Shown here: positions 13,301 to 24,552 of the stretch, one piece after another
Position numbering within the stretch: the first letter of the stretch is position 1
Layout of the letters: each line of letters opens with the position of its first letter
Translations under genes and position numbers: made by a program
The notes under the pieces: generated by a model
What the model saw: only the letters and a program-made list of their open reading frames with translations
What the model was told of the DNA's origin: nothing
Database searches by the model: none
From: the human T2T-CHM13v2.0 reference genome, Homo sapiens
NCBI RefSeq assembly: GCF_009914755.1
Contig: NC_060935.1
DNA length: 64,000 bases
Strand: one strand, 5' to 3'

Positions 13301-14498
13301 TATTCAATATGTATGCATATATTTATCTAGATCCTGCCTTGTTCTAAAAAGATTTGAAGTGCCTCGTGTGTTCAATAAACGTGTACAATGAATTAATCAA
13401 TTAATGGGCTAATGGATGTGAGAGTGCTTTGAAAAGTATAAGATGAAACAGATATATTTTTTTATGAGAATAGTGACCCAGGAAGGCTGAGTGGTCCTTT
13501 CAAAGAGCAGAGACCCTCCTAGGAACTCTGTCCCGGGGAGGGGCGATTTTATCTTAAGACCAGCTGATGGGCCAATTGATCTGTGAAGGTGACACTATTC
13601 AGCATGACTTTTTAAAAGGGATTCCAATTTCCAGAGTTTTTAAATGCCACCCTGAAGTTCCTAGCAAAAAGTCATGGGTTTCTGTAGGACAGTCAGCCTC
13701 CAGACTCAAGCTATGAGAAGGGGCTTCTCTAAGTACCTTCTCCCATCCACCCCAGATTGTCCCACCACCCGCTGCCTGGCCCTCTTAGTAACTTGTGCAG
13801 GGTGAGCCCACCCTGGTCTTCCTATGAAATTCTCAAGTCACAACTAAAGGTTCTGAGGGACTTGAGTCTGGGCCCCAGTGACATGGGATTGGGGACTGGG
13901 GGGACTTGGGGGACTGGGGGGATGGCTGTATGCAAGGCCCACAGTGAGCGGCAGCTCTGCAGAGCTAGCGTAGTGTTTAGCCAGGTCAGTCAGACACTGT
14001 GCCACAGCAGGGCACTGAAAATGACTTTATAGTTATTGTTCCTCAAATTGGACACCCCCTCAGAGCTCACACAATATGAGATGAAACAGCCTGCGGGAGG
14101 TTGCAAGGAAATGGAACACTGGCAGAGGGGGGTTTTATTTCCCCCGACTAAGGGAAATGCTGCAGACACTATGCCTTCCTGCTCCTCCCCCACTCCACTG
14201 CCATCAGCTACTCTTCAGACATTTTTATCTGGATGGGTTCACTGTGTCTCCAGGATTGAAATGGACTATATCCCCAGACACCTGCCCACATAACTGGTGG
14301 GGTAAATCCAGCACTTTGGGAAGGAAGGAGGGGTTAATTAAGGGGAAAGGAAGGGTCGTTGCTGCATGAAGTTATGTCTGCGTCTGTATATATTAACACA
14401 TGGGTATATGTCTTTGTACACACAAACCAGCATCAATGTCTGTTTGTGAATTTGTACGTGTGCATACGTATGTGCATGCATGTAAATGTGTGGCATGC

Positions 14499-14500
<2 letters not shown>

Positions 14501-14580
<80 letters not shown>
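14501..14580. repeat. Compound microsatellite (TG)15(AG)25
   Basis: Perfect TG run 14501-14530 directly followed by perfect AG run 14531-14580. Confidence 0.98.
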
Positions 14581-14581
<1 letters not shown>

Positions 14582-15999
14582 ATGGCTTCCAGTACAGTGC
14601 TGTCTGGGCTCTGCCTTGCAGCTCTATGCCTTATTTTTGCGGTTCAGCCAGAGCCCAATCATTACCATCAGCTGGAGACATCATTTGGTGTCATTTGGCT
14701 CTGCAGAGCTCCTGTGCCAGTGAGGAAACCCAGGAGGGTAGAGTTGTCTTAAAAAAGAACAAAAGTGAGAGAGAAACAAAAAACAGAGGGAGCAGAGGGA
14801 GGAGAGGGATGGCAGGTTTCCCAAGCAGAGACAAAGAAATGTGTGTGGGTGATACTGCAGGTAAACTGAGGCAGGCCTGAGGGGGTTGGTTTGGGGAGGA
14901 GGCTGACCTTAGGACAAAGTAAGGCCTTTACCTCCTTTAAAATATAGGAGAATTTCTATTGTCTTTGACCCATTTGAAGTCATACCTTCGCACGTAACAT
15001 TTCACAAAACAGCGAACCTTTTTAAAAAGTTCTCCAGAACTTAGGAGAAAGGTTGCTGGGGAGCATTGCCTCAGAGAATATGTCCAATTTGAATGCAATT
15101 GGTTCCACATTTAGCTTTGCTTTGTACCTGCCTCTGTGCATGGGGCTTGAAAGAGCTGAGAGTGAGAAGTATGAGGAGTTCCATGTTCTGAAGGCAGACC
15201 ACAGTCTTTAAAGGTATGTGACTTCTTGGTGAGCTCTGGGTTTCAGGCTACTGGCTTCTGTCTTCATTTCACAGCTCACCATGCCCTGCATCCTCCTACC
15301 TCCAAGGACAGTGGCTTGAGTTAGAACAATGGAAGAGATTGGCTGATTGGCTGGTTGGATGGAGGATGGATAGGCAGGAATTAGATAATCAGTCAAAGAC
15401 GATTGCCTGGGTGCAGAGGCCCCTATGATTTATCATGGAGTTAAAGCTGGAAATAGTGTCTTCATTGCCCCCACTCCAGAAATTTCTCCTTCCTTTGTAA
15501 ATTCTCAGTGACAGAGTATTCATAACTGCCTCATTAACTTAGCCTTGACTGCCCAAGGAATTCTTAGGCCTTAGTTAGCTAGCATTGATGAAGACTCTTA
15601 GAAAGGACAGCTCTTTACCTTGGTAATAATGAACATGCATGGAGCATTGGTATAAAACATGGAGCTAGACATGGTCTTTAATAAAATCTACCACTACTTA
15701 AGACTGTTCTCAATTTCCTGTTTCTTTTCATTTAGACAAACGTGGAATATAGTTCTGCATTAAGAAGAGGAAAATTCACTGAAACTCCAGCAGCAGGGAT
15801 TAAAGCATAGTAGAATAGGAAGAGCTGATGTGCATAAACTGTGGTTTGCACATAATTGGTACCCTACAAATGTTGAATAGATGAATGAATAAATGTAATT
15901 CAGAGGAGGTAATCAAGAAAACACAACACACACACACACACTTTTGTGTATATTTTAAATGTACTGGTGCTGCTGGGCAGATGAATGAAATATATGCCT

Positions 16000-16182
16000 G
16001 GTCCCTTAGACCAGCTGCATCTGGAAAACCAGGGTTCTTGATAAACACATGGATCCCCAAGCCCAAAGCCAGACTAAAAGAAAAATCAGTATCTAGGTGG
16101 TGGGGTAAGACCCACAGACTTATATTTTCTACCAAGCATCTCAGGAAATTCTGAGGAACAACCAGGTCTGGGAATTGTTGGG
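16000..16182. mobile_element. MER5A-like hAT MITE
   Basis: 'aaaaatcagtatctaggtggtggggtaagacccac...ttttctaccaagcatctcaggaaattctga...ggtctgggaattgttg' resembles MER5A. Confidence 0.55.
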
Positions 16183-16579
16183 TTAGATGTCCTGGGTGCC
16201 ATGTTAGAGTAGCCTAGTGACATTTAGACCACTAGTTGATGCTGATATTGCTGCAAAAGCACTGGTGTAGGGAGCAGAAGATGTTGGTTCACACCTGGCA
16301 GCCAACTGTGTGTTCTTAGGTGAGGCATTCACCCTGTCTGGCCTGGGTATTAGTGGGGGAATTTAAATGGGTGCAAGAGCACATTGGAGATGTCCTTGAG
16401 ATGAAGAGGACCTTCCTCCTGGCCCCTCAGCCTCCTCTACCTATATGGGGATGAAGTTCAAGAAGCAACAGGCACCTGGATACAGGTCCAGCAAATGCAT
16501 CACATACCAAGCCTCCTGAAAGAGTGGAAGGACCCAGACCCCGATCCCAGTTCCCTGCCCCTCTGATAGTCACCTAGGT

Positions 16580-17100
16580 CTCCCGGAAATGGCACCGAGG
16601 CGAAGCTCTAAATCACGTGCAGAATATAGTCGTTCTGTTTGCCTTTTTCCGCAGTAGATCCGATGATTTAAATTAGGTCTCGATTCTTGTTTAAATTATA
16701 GTTTACTGTTCTGCACCCTGCTCAGAAGTGAATTACCTTAAGCAGCGGTATTAATAACATGGTTATAATTAAGCCTCATTACTGCAGGCAGTTTGCTGAA
16801 ACAAATTGCTTCTTCATTATTATTATAGCACCTTTGGTAAAAAGACATTTCCCCAGAATGCGACCTTGATGCTTTATATAGTAAAAGCCAAGATATGATA
16901 GAGATGTAAGGATGAATTAGCATCTTTTGCCTTCTCTATCCGGCTCATTAGAAGGAAAAGAACGCAAGTCAAATCCAAACAGCCTTGATGGCAATTTTAA
17001 TCTGTATGAAATGGATAATGAATAGTTTTGAACTTTCTGCGACATTTTTGTAATGGTGTTTTATTTATATGATGCTACTATTAAAATGAATAAATAAAGA
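16580..17100. promoter_or_regulatory. Candidate conserved non-coding enhancer (homeodomain/E-box rich)
   Basis: Repeat-free and AT-rich but keeps about a dozen CpGs; CACGTG 16614-16619, TGATTTA 16664-16670, TAATTA 16766-16771, TCATTA 16776-16781. Confidence 0.45.
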
Positions 17101-18009
17101 AATACAAACCGAAGAGCAGAGACAAGAAAAGCCAGGGAGGTCTCACCAGACAGCCAATGGCATTGAACTTGAGCTTGTTATTATCAATTGGTTTGAGAGT
17201 TTCTGGCCCAGAGCCTGTTACACTCGGGGAGAGAAAAGGAGAGGACGGTCTATTTATTCTAATTCTGCTGCCTTACTCTGGCCTCAAGGCCTGGGAAAGA
17301 AAGGGGCCTGGAAGGAATGACCTAGAAAGTTTGCAAACCAAGTTTGAAACGCATGCAAACTTCTGAGAATGTGTGCAGCCCTAGGTAATGTTTAATGCCC
17401 TCCGGGGCTCTGAGGTTTTGGTGGTGCAGATCCCGCCCACTCCTCACTCAAATGTGTACCAAGGAGAGAAGCACATCTTTGCAGGCTATAGGACTTGGCT
17501 GGGTCATTTCCTGTTTTGCTTATTAATTACTCTTTCTGGTGATAATTAGGACTCTGAAAACTAATTTTGTTTGGTGATTTACTCTCTTTTTTGTAATTAG
17601 ATGTGGTGATTAGAATGTGCTTCGTACCATATCAGAGTTTTCTTAGAAAGAGGCAAGCAGAGGCTTAGCGGACAGGAATTAGCGCACAGGAAGAGCGGCC
17701 GCCTCCCATAGGATGAGTAGCAGCCGCCATGATGGGCCAAGACCCCCACAGCCCCCAAGCTCCACCGGCTCCATCTGAGCTTCCTGCCTCCTCCTTTCTC
17801 TACTGCCCGAGATCCTGACAGGGTCTAATCCATCTCTCCTGACTTTATCTCCAGCTAGAGACTTTCTAGCCCTTGTGGTCGGTGGGGCCATAAAGACACT
17901 CTTTATTGGCATGCTATGTTTCTGTCACCCAGGCTGCCCCCAACAGAATAAGCAGCATAATCAGCGGAATAAATTCTCTCCTCTCCCTCTGGCTCTCTCC
18001 CTCCTCCAC

Positions 18010-18044
<35 letters not shown>

Positions 18045-18184
18045 TCTCTGTCTCTCTCTCTCTCTGTCTCTGTCTCTCTCTCTGTCTCTCTCTCTCTGTC
18101 TCTCTGTCTCTCTGTCTCTCTCTCTCTGTCTCTCTCTGTCTCTCTCTCTGTCTCTCTCTGTCTCTCTCTCTCTGTCTCTCTCTC

Positions 18185-18255
<71 letters not shown>

Positions 18256-18288
18256 GTCTCTCTCTCTGTCTCTCTCTCTGTCTCTCTC

Positions 18289-18328
<40 letters not shown>

Positions 18329-18422
18329 CCTGTCTCTCTCTCTGTCTCTCTCTCGTCTCTCTCTGTCTCTCTCCTGTCTCTCTCTCTGCCTCTCTCTCTC
18401 TCTGTCTCTCTCTCTGTCTCTC

Positions 18423-18475
<53 letters not shown>

Positions 18476-18496
18476 GTCTCTCTCTCTCTCTGTCTC

Positions 18497-18569
<73 letters not shown>

Positions 18570-18790
18570 GTCTCTCTCTCTGTCTCTCTCTCTGTCTCTC
18601 TCTCTGTCTCTCTCTCTGTCTCTCTCTCTGTCTCTCTCTCTCTCTGTCTCTCTCTCTCTCTCTCTCTGTCTCTCTCCCTGTCTCTCTCTCTGTCTCTCTC
18701 TCTGTCTCTCTCTGTCTCTCTCCCTGTCTCTCTCTCTGTCTCTCTCTCTCTGTCTCTCTCTCTCTGTCTCTCTCTCTGTCTCTCTCTCTG

Positions 18791-18823
<33 letters not shown>

Positions 18824-18880
18824 GTCTCTCTCTCTGTCTCTCTCTCTCTCTCTGTCTCTCTCTGTCTCTCTCTCTCTCTG

Positions 18881-18933
<53 letters not shown>

Positions 18934-18950
18934 GTCTCTCTCTCTCTCTG

Positions 18951-19029
<79 letters not shown>

Positions 19030-19038
19030 GTCTCTCTC

Positions 19039-19072
<34 letters not shown>
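18010..19072. repeat. ~1.06-kb interrupted (TC)n/TCTG polypyrimidine microsatellite
   Basis: Continuous TC repeats punctuated by TG, often as TCTCTCTCTG decamers; no A on the top strand. Confidence 0.99.
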
Positions 19073-19209
19073 ATACCCCAGGGAAGAGAGTGGCCCTCAC
19101 AAACCAACTGCCCATCCAGAGCCCTGAAACCAACCTCTGGGTGACAGGGGTCCTCCCAAAGAGCAGGGGAGCCGCAGATGCCCTGTCGCACCCGAGACTG
19201 TAAAATGCA

Positions 19210-19440
19210 GTTGATAAGAATGTGGACTTCTGGAGTCAGAAAGACCTGGGTCCAGAGCCCAGCTCCACCAGTTCCTCGCTGTGTGATCTTAGGCAAGTGA
19301 CCTAAGCATTCTGAGCCTCACATTCTTATCATTCCTAACTCACCAAGGCGTCCTAAGAATGAAACAGGAAAATATATCAAAAAATGCTTACCAGACTGCC
19401 TGGCACATTGTAAATGCTCCATAAGTGGAAGCTATTATTA
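19210..19440 (+). mobile_element. MIR SINE
   Basis: 'tctggagtcagaaagacctgggtcc...gctgtgtgatcttaggcaagtgacctaagc...tgcctggcacattgtaaatgctccataagtggaagctattatt'. Confidence 0.8.
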
Positions 19441-19794
19441 CCCTCCCTCCTGCATGTTTTTACTTCTTTCTCTGGGGAGGGAAGCGGCTCTTCTGCTATG
19501 CACCACAAGGCAATAACTCAGCCTTCAGGAGGCCTGGGGAAAGGTCAGTGGGCCAGTCGGGGGACTCTCTTTATCACACAAAAAGCTCCCAAGAATAGCT
19601 GGGCCCATTTGGAACAGGCCTCCAGGCCTCCAAGCCTATATCCATCTGTGGCAGGGCTGCTGAGCTCAGCCTGGCAAATGAATAATGATAGCTAAAGAAA
19701 AGGGACACGCAACTCTTCACAGCTTCTTTACTACCTTGCCTTTCCTGGAAGTACCTCTGTGGTTCATTATCACTCACCTCAAGCAAGGGCTTCT

Positions 19795-20480
19795 GGTTCA
19801 TTTATTCACCATCCACAGGGCACTCGCTATAAGCCTGGCACTGAGCTGGGCACAGTAGACAGCACCAAATGATTTTTACACAGTCACTGACCTCGATCCA
19901 CTTACAACAACTTCAAAGAGGTGGGCCTATCTCCAGTTAGAGTCAAATCAGGAGGTGCAAGAAGCCAAAAATTCTCACCTGAGATCAGTGATGGCTTTTC
20001 AGAGGCACTTGAAACATAGGTTAAATGCCCATGGGCAAAAAAGAGAAGATAATCACATACAGACAAGGCCATGCCAGCAAAGGACAGTGCCTGGCATGCT
20101 CAAGTAAGGGAGAATTCAATAAGGCATTCTTATTTGTGGAAAAGAGCACCATGCTGTGTGCTATGGAGAAAGAAGAAGGGATCGCAATGAATTCTCCCTT
20201 ACCTGAACATGCCAGGCACTGTCCTTTGCTGGCAAGGCCTTGTCTGTATCTGATTATCTTCTCTTGTGCAGAGCCCAAGGCATGCAGAGGGATGTTACAG
20301 AATCTGAGACTTTAAAGGTAGGTTGAGGCCAATTCTGAGATGACCAGAGAAGGCCATGCCAAAGAGTTTAAACTTATCCTTTAGGCCTTTGAGAGTTGTC
20401 GAAAGATTTAGGGGAAGGTGAATGGCTCCGCTTGTATTTTTTGAAGCTTACCCCGACAGCAGTGAGGGCAGAAGCAGAGA
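19795..20480 (-). mobile_element. L2 LINE fragment hosting the inverted-repeat insertion
   Basis: Antisense L2 3' end 'ttcatttattc...gcctggcactgagctgggcac' and body 'aaggccatgccaaagagtttaaacttatcctttaggc'. Confidence 0.6.
20041..20265. repeat. 78-bp inverted repeat with a 69-bp spacer
   Basis: 20041-20118 versus the reverse complement of 20188-20265: 74/78 identical, no gaps. Confidence 0.97.
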
Positions 20481-21500
20481 GTCCAGACTGCAAGCCCGTG
20501 CGCGGGCCCAGTCACCTCAGCGGGAGGTCCTGAGGGCCTGAGCGAAGGCAGGAGCAGGCCCTATATCGGAGCTCCAGTGGATGTTGGGACTGGCTGTTCC
20601 ATTCTCCCTGTGATGTTTCTAGCTCAGCCTGTACCCCAGGATGATCTAATGGAGACGCTGCCATCTGCCAGCCTTGGTATTTTCACCTAAGACTCAAGAG
20701 ACAGCCCGGCACCTTCCATCCACTCCTCACTTTGCTTCCTCTTATCTGGACCTGCTTCAGGTCCTTCACCCTCTCTGACCTACCCACAGTCAGACCTTTG
20801 AGTGAATGCAGCCCCGCATCTGGAAACAGCCTGGGTGCTGTTTGGGTTCTGATGCCCTTCTCAGTGCCATCTCTCTGACAGCTGAGCATTGGAATCACGA
20901 CCTCAGAGGGTCCCCCCTGCCGCTCTCTTCCACCCTTCCCCATCATTGCCACAGCTCTGACCCCCCAGCGCTCCTGCTAGCAGGGCACTTAGACTTTGGA
21001 GCCATGGTGGCATGTTGCTACTGCAGGGGCCTGAGTGGCATTTGCAGCAAAAAGCCACGAAGGCAAGAGCTGAACTTTCACAGCCCTTCAGTCTCTTGTC
21101 ATTTCCCTACCCGGCAAAGAATTGTGAGTCCAGTTGAATGATGGCGAGTGTGCAATTAGAGCAAAGGTTACTGCAGAGAAGAAGCTTTGCCATTGTTAAG
21201 TGAAGAGACAGGCCAGCCAGGGCCTCCAGGAACCTTTTCCTTGGGAGCTTAACCCCTAATTGACCAAGTTGCTTAAAAGCCTGAAATTTATTCCTCGTAG
21301 GCCTTAAGAATTATCTTGCAAGGGAAGAACTAAGCCCAGCAACTTCCCTGACCTCATGCCTTACCAGATCCCTGGGAGCCAGGCGCAGTCCAAACCAAGG
21401 GAGAGGGAACCAAGCAGAGGAGAGAAACAGAGAGGTAAAAGGACAACCAGCTTGGTTTATCTTGTGGGTAGTTATCTGATTTTCAGGAATCCTCAGCCCC

Positions 21501-21571
21501 GCATTTCTTATTTGTGGAAAAGAGCATCATGCTGTGTGCTACGGAGAAAGAAGAAGGGATCACAGTGAATT
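21501..21571 (+). repeat. Direct copy (probable donor) of the inverted-repeat spacer at 20124-20193
   Basis: gcatttcttatttgtggaaaagagcatcatgctgtgtgctacggagaaagaagaagggatcacagtgaatt matches the spacer with 4 substitutions and 1 indel. Confidence 0.95.
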
Positions 21572-22187
21572 GAGCCATCCAGTTGGCTGCCTGTAGGCAG
21601 CTCTGGGCCATGGTAGGGACAAGGAGGAAGCCAGAGCAATGACAGCAACTCCACTTTTCCCAAGATAGCCTTGGTTGCATGTAATGGTGATATTAAATAT
21701 TAGTGAAATGTCATTTAATGCGCATCTCCTTGCATCGGAATAGAGAGACTTTGTGTTATAATGCATTACTCCACTTAACACACTTTTCTTGTATTCGTTA
21801 TAACTACGTGACCCCCTAGACTCTGGCCTAGTAAAGATCAAAAACTGTATCATATTTATCTTTGATTCTCAGCATCTAGCATAGTGCTAATAGATATGGT
21901 AGGCTCCTAGTTAATATTTATTGAATCAATTAGTAAATAGAAAGGAAAGATAAAGAAAATAGATGAACTTTTTTTTCATATATTCTGTACCAGATAGTAG
22001 CATAGGCAGTTATTACTCATGAGTCTTATACTAATTCTGTTAAGTAGATGGCATCATCTTGTTACTCTCAGGAAGAAATTAAGCTCCAAGAAGTTTAAGA
22101 CATTTGCCCATATCATACGGGTATTTGAACCAGTATCCATTTGGCCCTGAAGTCCGTTTTTGAATTGTCTGTTCAAGACAGGAATTA

Positions 22188-23207
22188 TAATGTGAATGTT
22201 TTCCTGGCTCCTGAGTATTAGTTCCTGCTTCTTTTAGTAACAATACCCCAAATTTCCTTTCCGGAGACAGCTTTCCCTGCTCTCAGTTCTAGTCCTTCAA
22301 ATGCCATTGACTCGGTTCCCAGCTTCAGGGGGGTCTTGCGACTTGGTAAACCTCTGAAACATGTGAAGTCCAAGCCCAGAGCTTTGTTCAGGGATAGTCA
22401 CCTAGTCCAGGCAAAGCCAAGAAAATACAATCAACCCTTTGCAAGAGAACTAGTGAGAGAGGGACTATTTGTTGATACTCAGTACCGTCCCCACCATTGT
22501 CAGCTCTTTCCTGGTATACAGGGCAGACAGCCAGTAAATTATCTTTCCCAGATGCCCTTGACAGCCTGGTCCCTGTAAGGGTCCACCAAGGAGATGCACT
22601 TGTTCAAGATGTAAAAGATGGAAGAGAAGAATAAGCCATTTTTTTTCTCCAGCCACATGAAGATTTGCAGGCTTCCAGGCATTCTCCTGTGAATCACTCA
22701 CTCAGGCACTACAGGCACCTGAGATCACCAGTGACAGCCTCACTGAGATTCCTGCATCCAGATTCCTGGAGGTTAGCAGCTGCCTTTTTGGTCTTTGCTC
22801 CTCCAGCCCTTCCAATGGTTGTGTAAGTTTAACTCCTTGTATTGAATTCATTCATCTTCCGGATACCTAAAGTGGCTTTTGGTCTCCTCACCAAACCTTG
22901 ATGATATGTTTAGGAGTTATCTTCTGCTATCACCAGGACTGCTAGCATTAGGGAAAACCTTATGGTGGTCCTGCTGAGAGGCATCCTGAGGAGTCTGAGA
23001 ATGAGCTCTGGAAGGCAGAGCTGAGGGATGGAAAAGGACTGAGACTTGACACCATTTGAGCTCCTGAATCTAGCTTTGCTTAAAGCCAGTGCCAGCCCGG
23101 GGCTTCTCAGCTCCTGATCCTAACTGGATTCCCTTTGCAATTGCTTCAGCCCATTTTCTCTTGCATTTGGCCATGGGTATCTACAGCTGAAGACTCTGAC
23201 TGAATCA
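22188..23207 (+). mobile_element. MLT1K-like LTR interrupted by another ERVL-type LTR (about 22466-22908)
   Basis: Start 'gttcctgcttcttttagtaacaatacccc' and end 'tttgagctcctgaatctagctttgcttaaagccag...ctctgactgaatca' match MLT1K; the middle ends in 'atacctaaagtggctttt...ccttgatgata' like an ERVL LTR. Confidence 0.55.
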
Positions 23208-23996
23208 TCCTTCAGCCTTCTGCTTTCTGGCAGATCCTTAAGGCTTCTTCTGTAGATGTTGGTTCCAGCTTAGAATCATCTCTCAGGCCCCTCCCTAGAC
23301 CTGCAGACCACCAAAGCTTCTCCAAATTCCAAAGACCCAAGAGCAATGGTTCTTTTATTAGAACTCTGCAGGCCTGAAGTCCCACCTCCTCAGCCCTCCT
23401 TTTTCCTAATTGAGATTTCTTCCTGTTTAGATCAGATTAGAACAAAAAGAATTTATGCCTGTGTATCATGATTTCAAAAGCAGGAAAAATTGTCTCTTTT
23501 CCTCCCTGCTATTCACGAAAGAAAACAAAATTATTTCCTCTTTCCCAACTTAGTACCTGCCATTGCCCATTTTCACCTATCCCCATAGGTGACATTTTAA
23601 GATTCTATGATTAGGTATCCATAGTTTTGTGCATTAACGTAGGACCTCTGGCCACCATTAAAATGCAAATCCCTTGGCAGAGCCAACACAATAATGTTTA
23701 GTAATCAGCACCTCTAATGCAAAGAAGAGGATTTCTAGACTCAAATAATGAAAGTTTGACTTTTACCTAGTGGCCTCAGGCTAATTTCTTTGAGCCTCAG
23801 TTTCTTCACTGGAAAAATGGGAACAACAGATCTCCCCTCACAGGGTCTTTGTGAGGTTAAGATAGCACCTTTGCACATCGTGAGGTTCTGTTGCTGTGAT
23901 TGCCATCGGAGGTGAGTGAATCATTGTGGCATTGATTGAGAGCTTACTATGTGCTAGGTACGTACCATTAGCTCCAAGTAGGGCTATAATTGTCTG

Positions 23997-24552
23997 TGAT
24001 GGGATTCAAGACACACTACCTCACAATATAGCACCTTGGCATTTGAGAAAACAGCAGAAGCAGGAATATCACTCTCAAACACCCCCTTCCCCTGCCACTG
24101 CCTTTCTTCCTTGAAGCAGGCCATAAAACCTAGAAATAATTTTCTGACCTTCCCTTGAAGTAGGCCATAAAACCCTCATGTGAGAGGTGCCCTCTCTGTA
24201 CCCAAAGAAAAGGAAGATCCTTAACTCTGATGACACAGAGACCATTAAAATGCAAAGAACACAGAGAAGAATTTGAACACACAGGCCTTGCTAAGTTCCG
24301 ATTTATTACCCTCAGCTCATACCACCTTTGTCTAGTCCTACTTCTCCACAACGATCTACTTCTTCATCAAACTTAGCATAAAAATACACAGGTTTCTTTA
24401 TTTCCTTTAGTCTTCATTTCTGAAGGCTCCTATGTCATGTAAAACTTACATTAAACAAATTTGTATGCCTTTCATGTATTAATCTGTCTTTTGTTATAGG
24501 AACCTTAGCCATGAACCTGAAATAGAGAGAAAAGTTCTTCCTTTCCCCTACA
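23997..24552 (+). mobile_element. ERV1 solo LTR (MER39/MER39B-like)
   Basis: TG...CA ends with 4-bp TSD TCTG (23993-23996, 24553-24556); 'gcaccttggcatttgagaaaacagcagaagcagg' is typical of MER39. Confidence 0.8.

Noticed and set aside
14338-14880. ORFs with CV and RE repeats
   Set aside because: Products of the (TG)n(AG)n microsatellite.
17875-19296. Three 412-460 aa ORFs (SL-rich and RE-rich)
   Set aside because: They are translations of the TC/GA microsatellite, which cannot contain stop codons; no evidence of a gene.
20041-20265. Palindrome as a MITE with long TIRs
   Set aside because: No TSD is visible, the left arm is part of the host L2-like sequence and the interior is copied from a nearby unique site.
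20021-20315. Two similar ORFs on opposite strands, resembling a sense-antisense gene pair
   Set aside because: The similarity is fully explained by the DNA inverted repeat; no recognisable domain or exon structure.
23674-23686. NFI palindrome ttggcagagccaa
   Set aside because: Spacer is 3 nt rather than the required 5.
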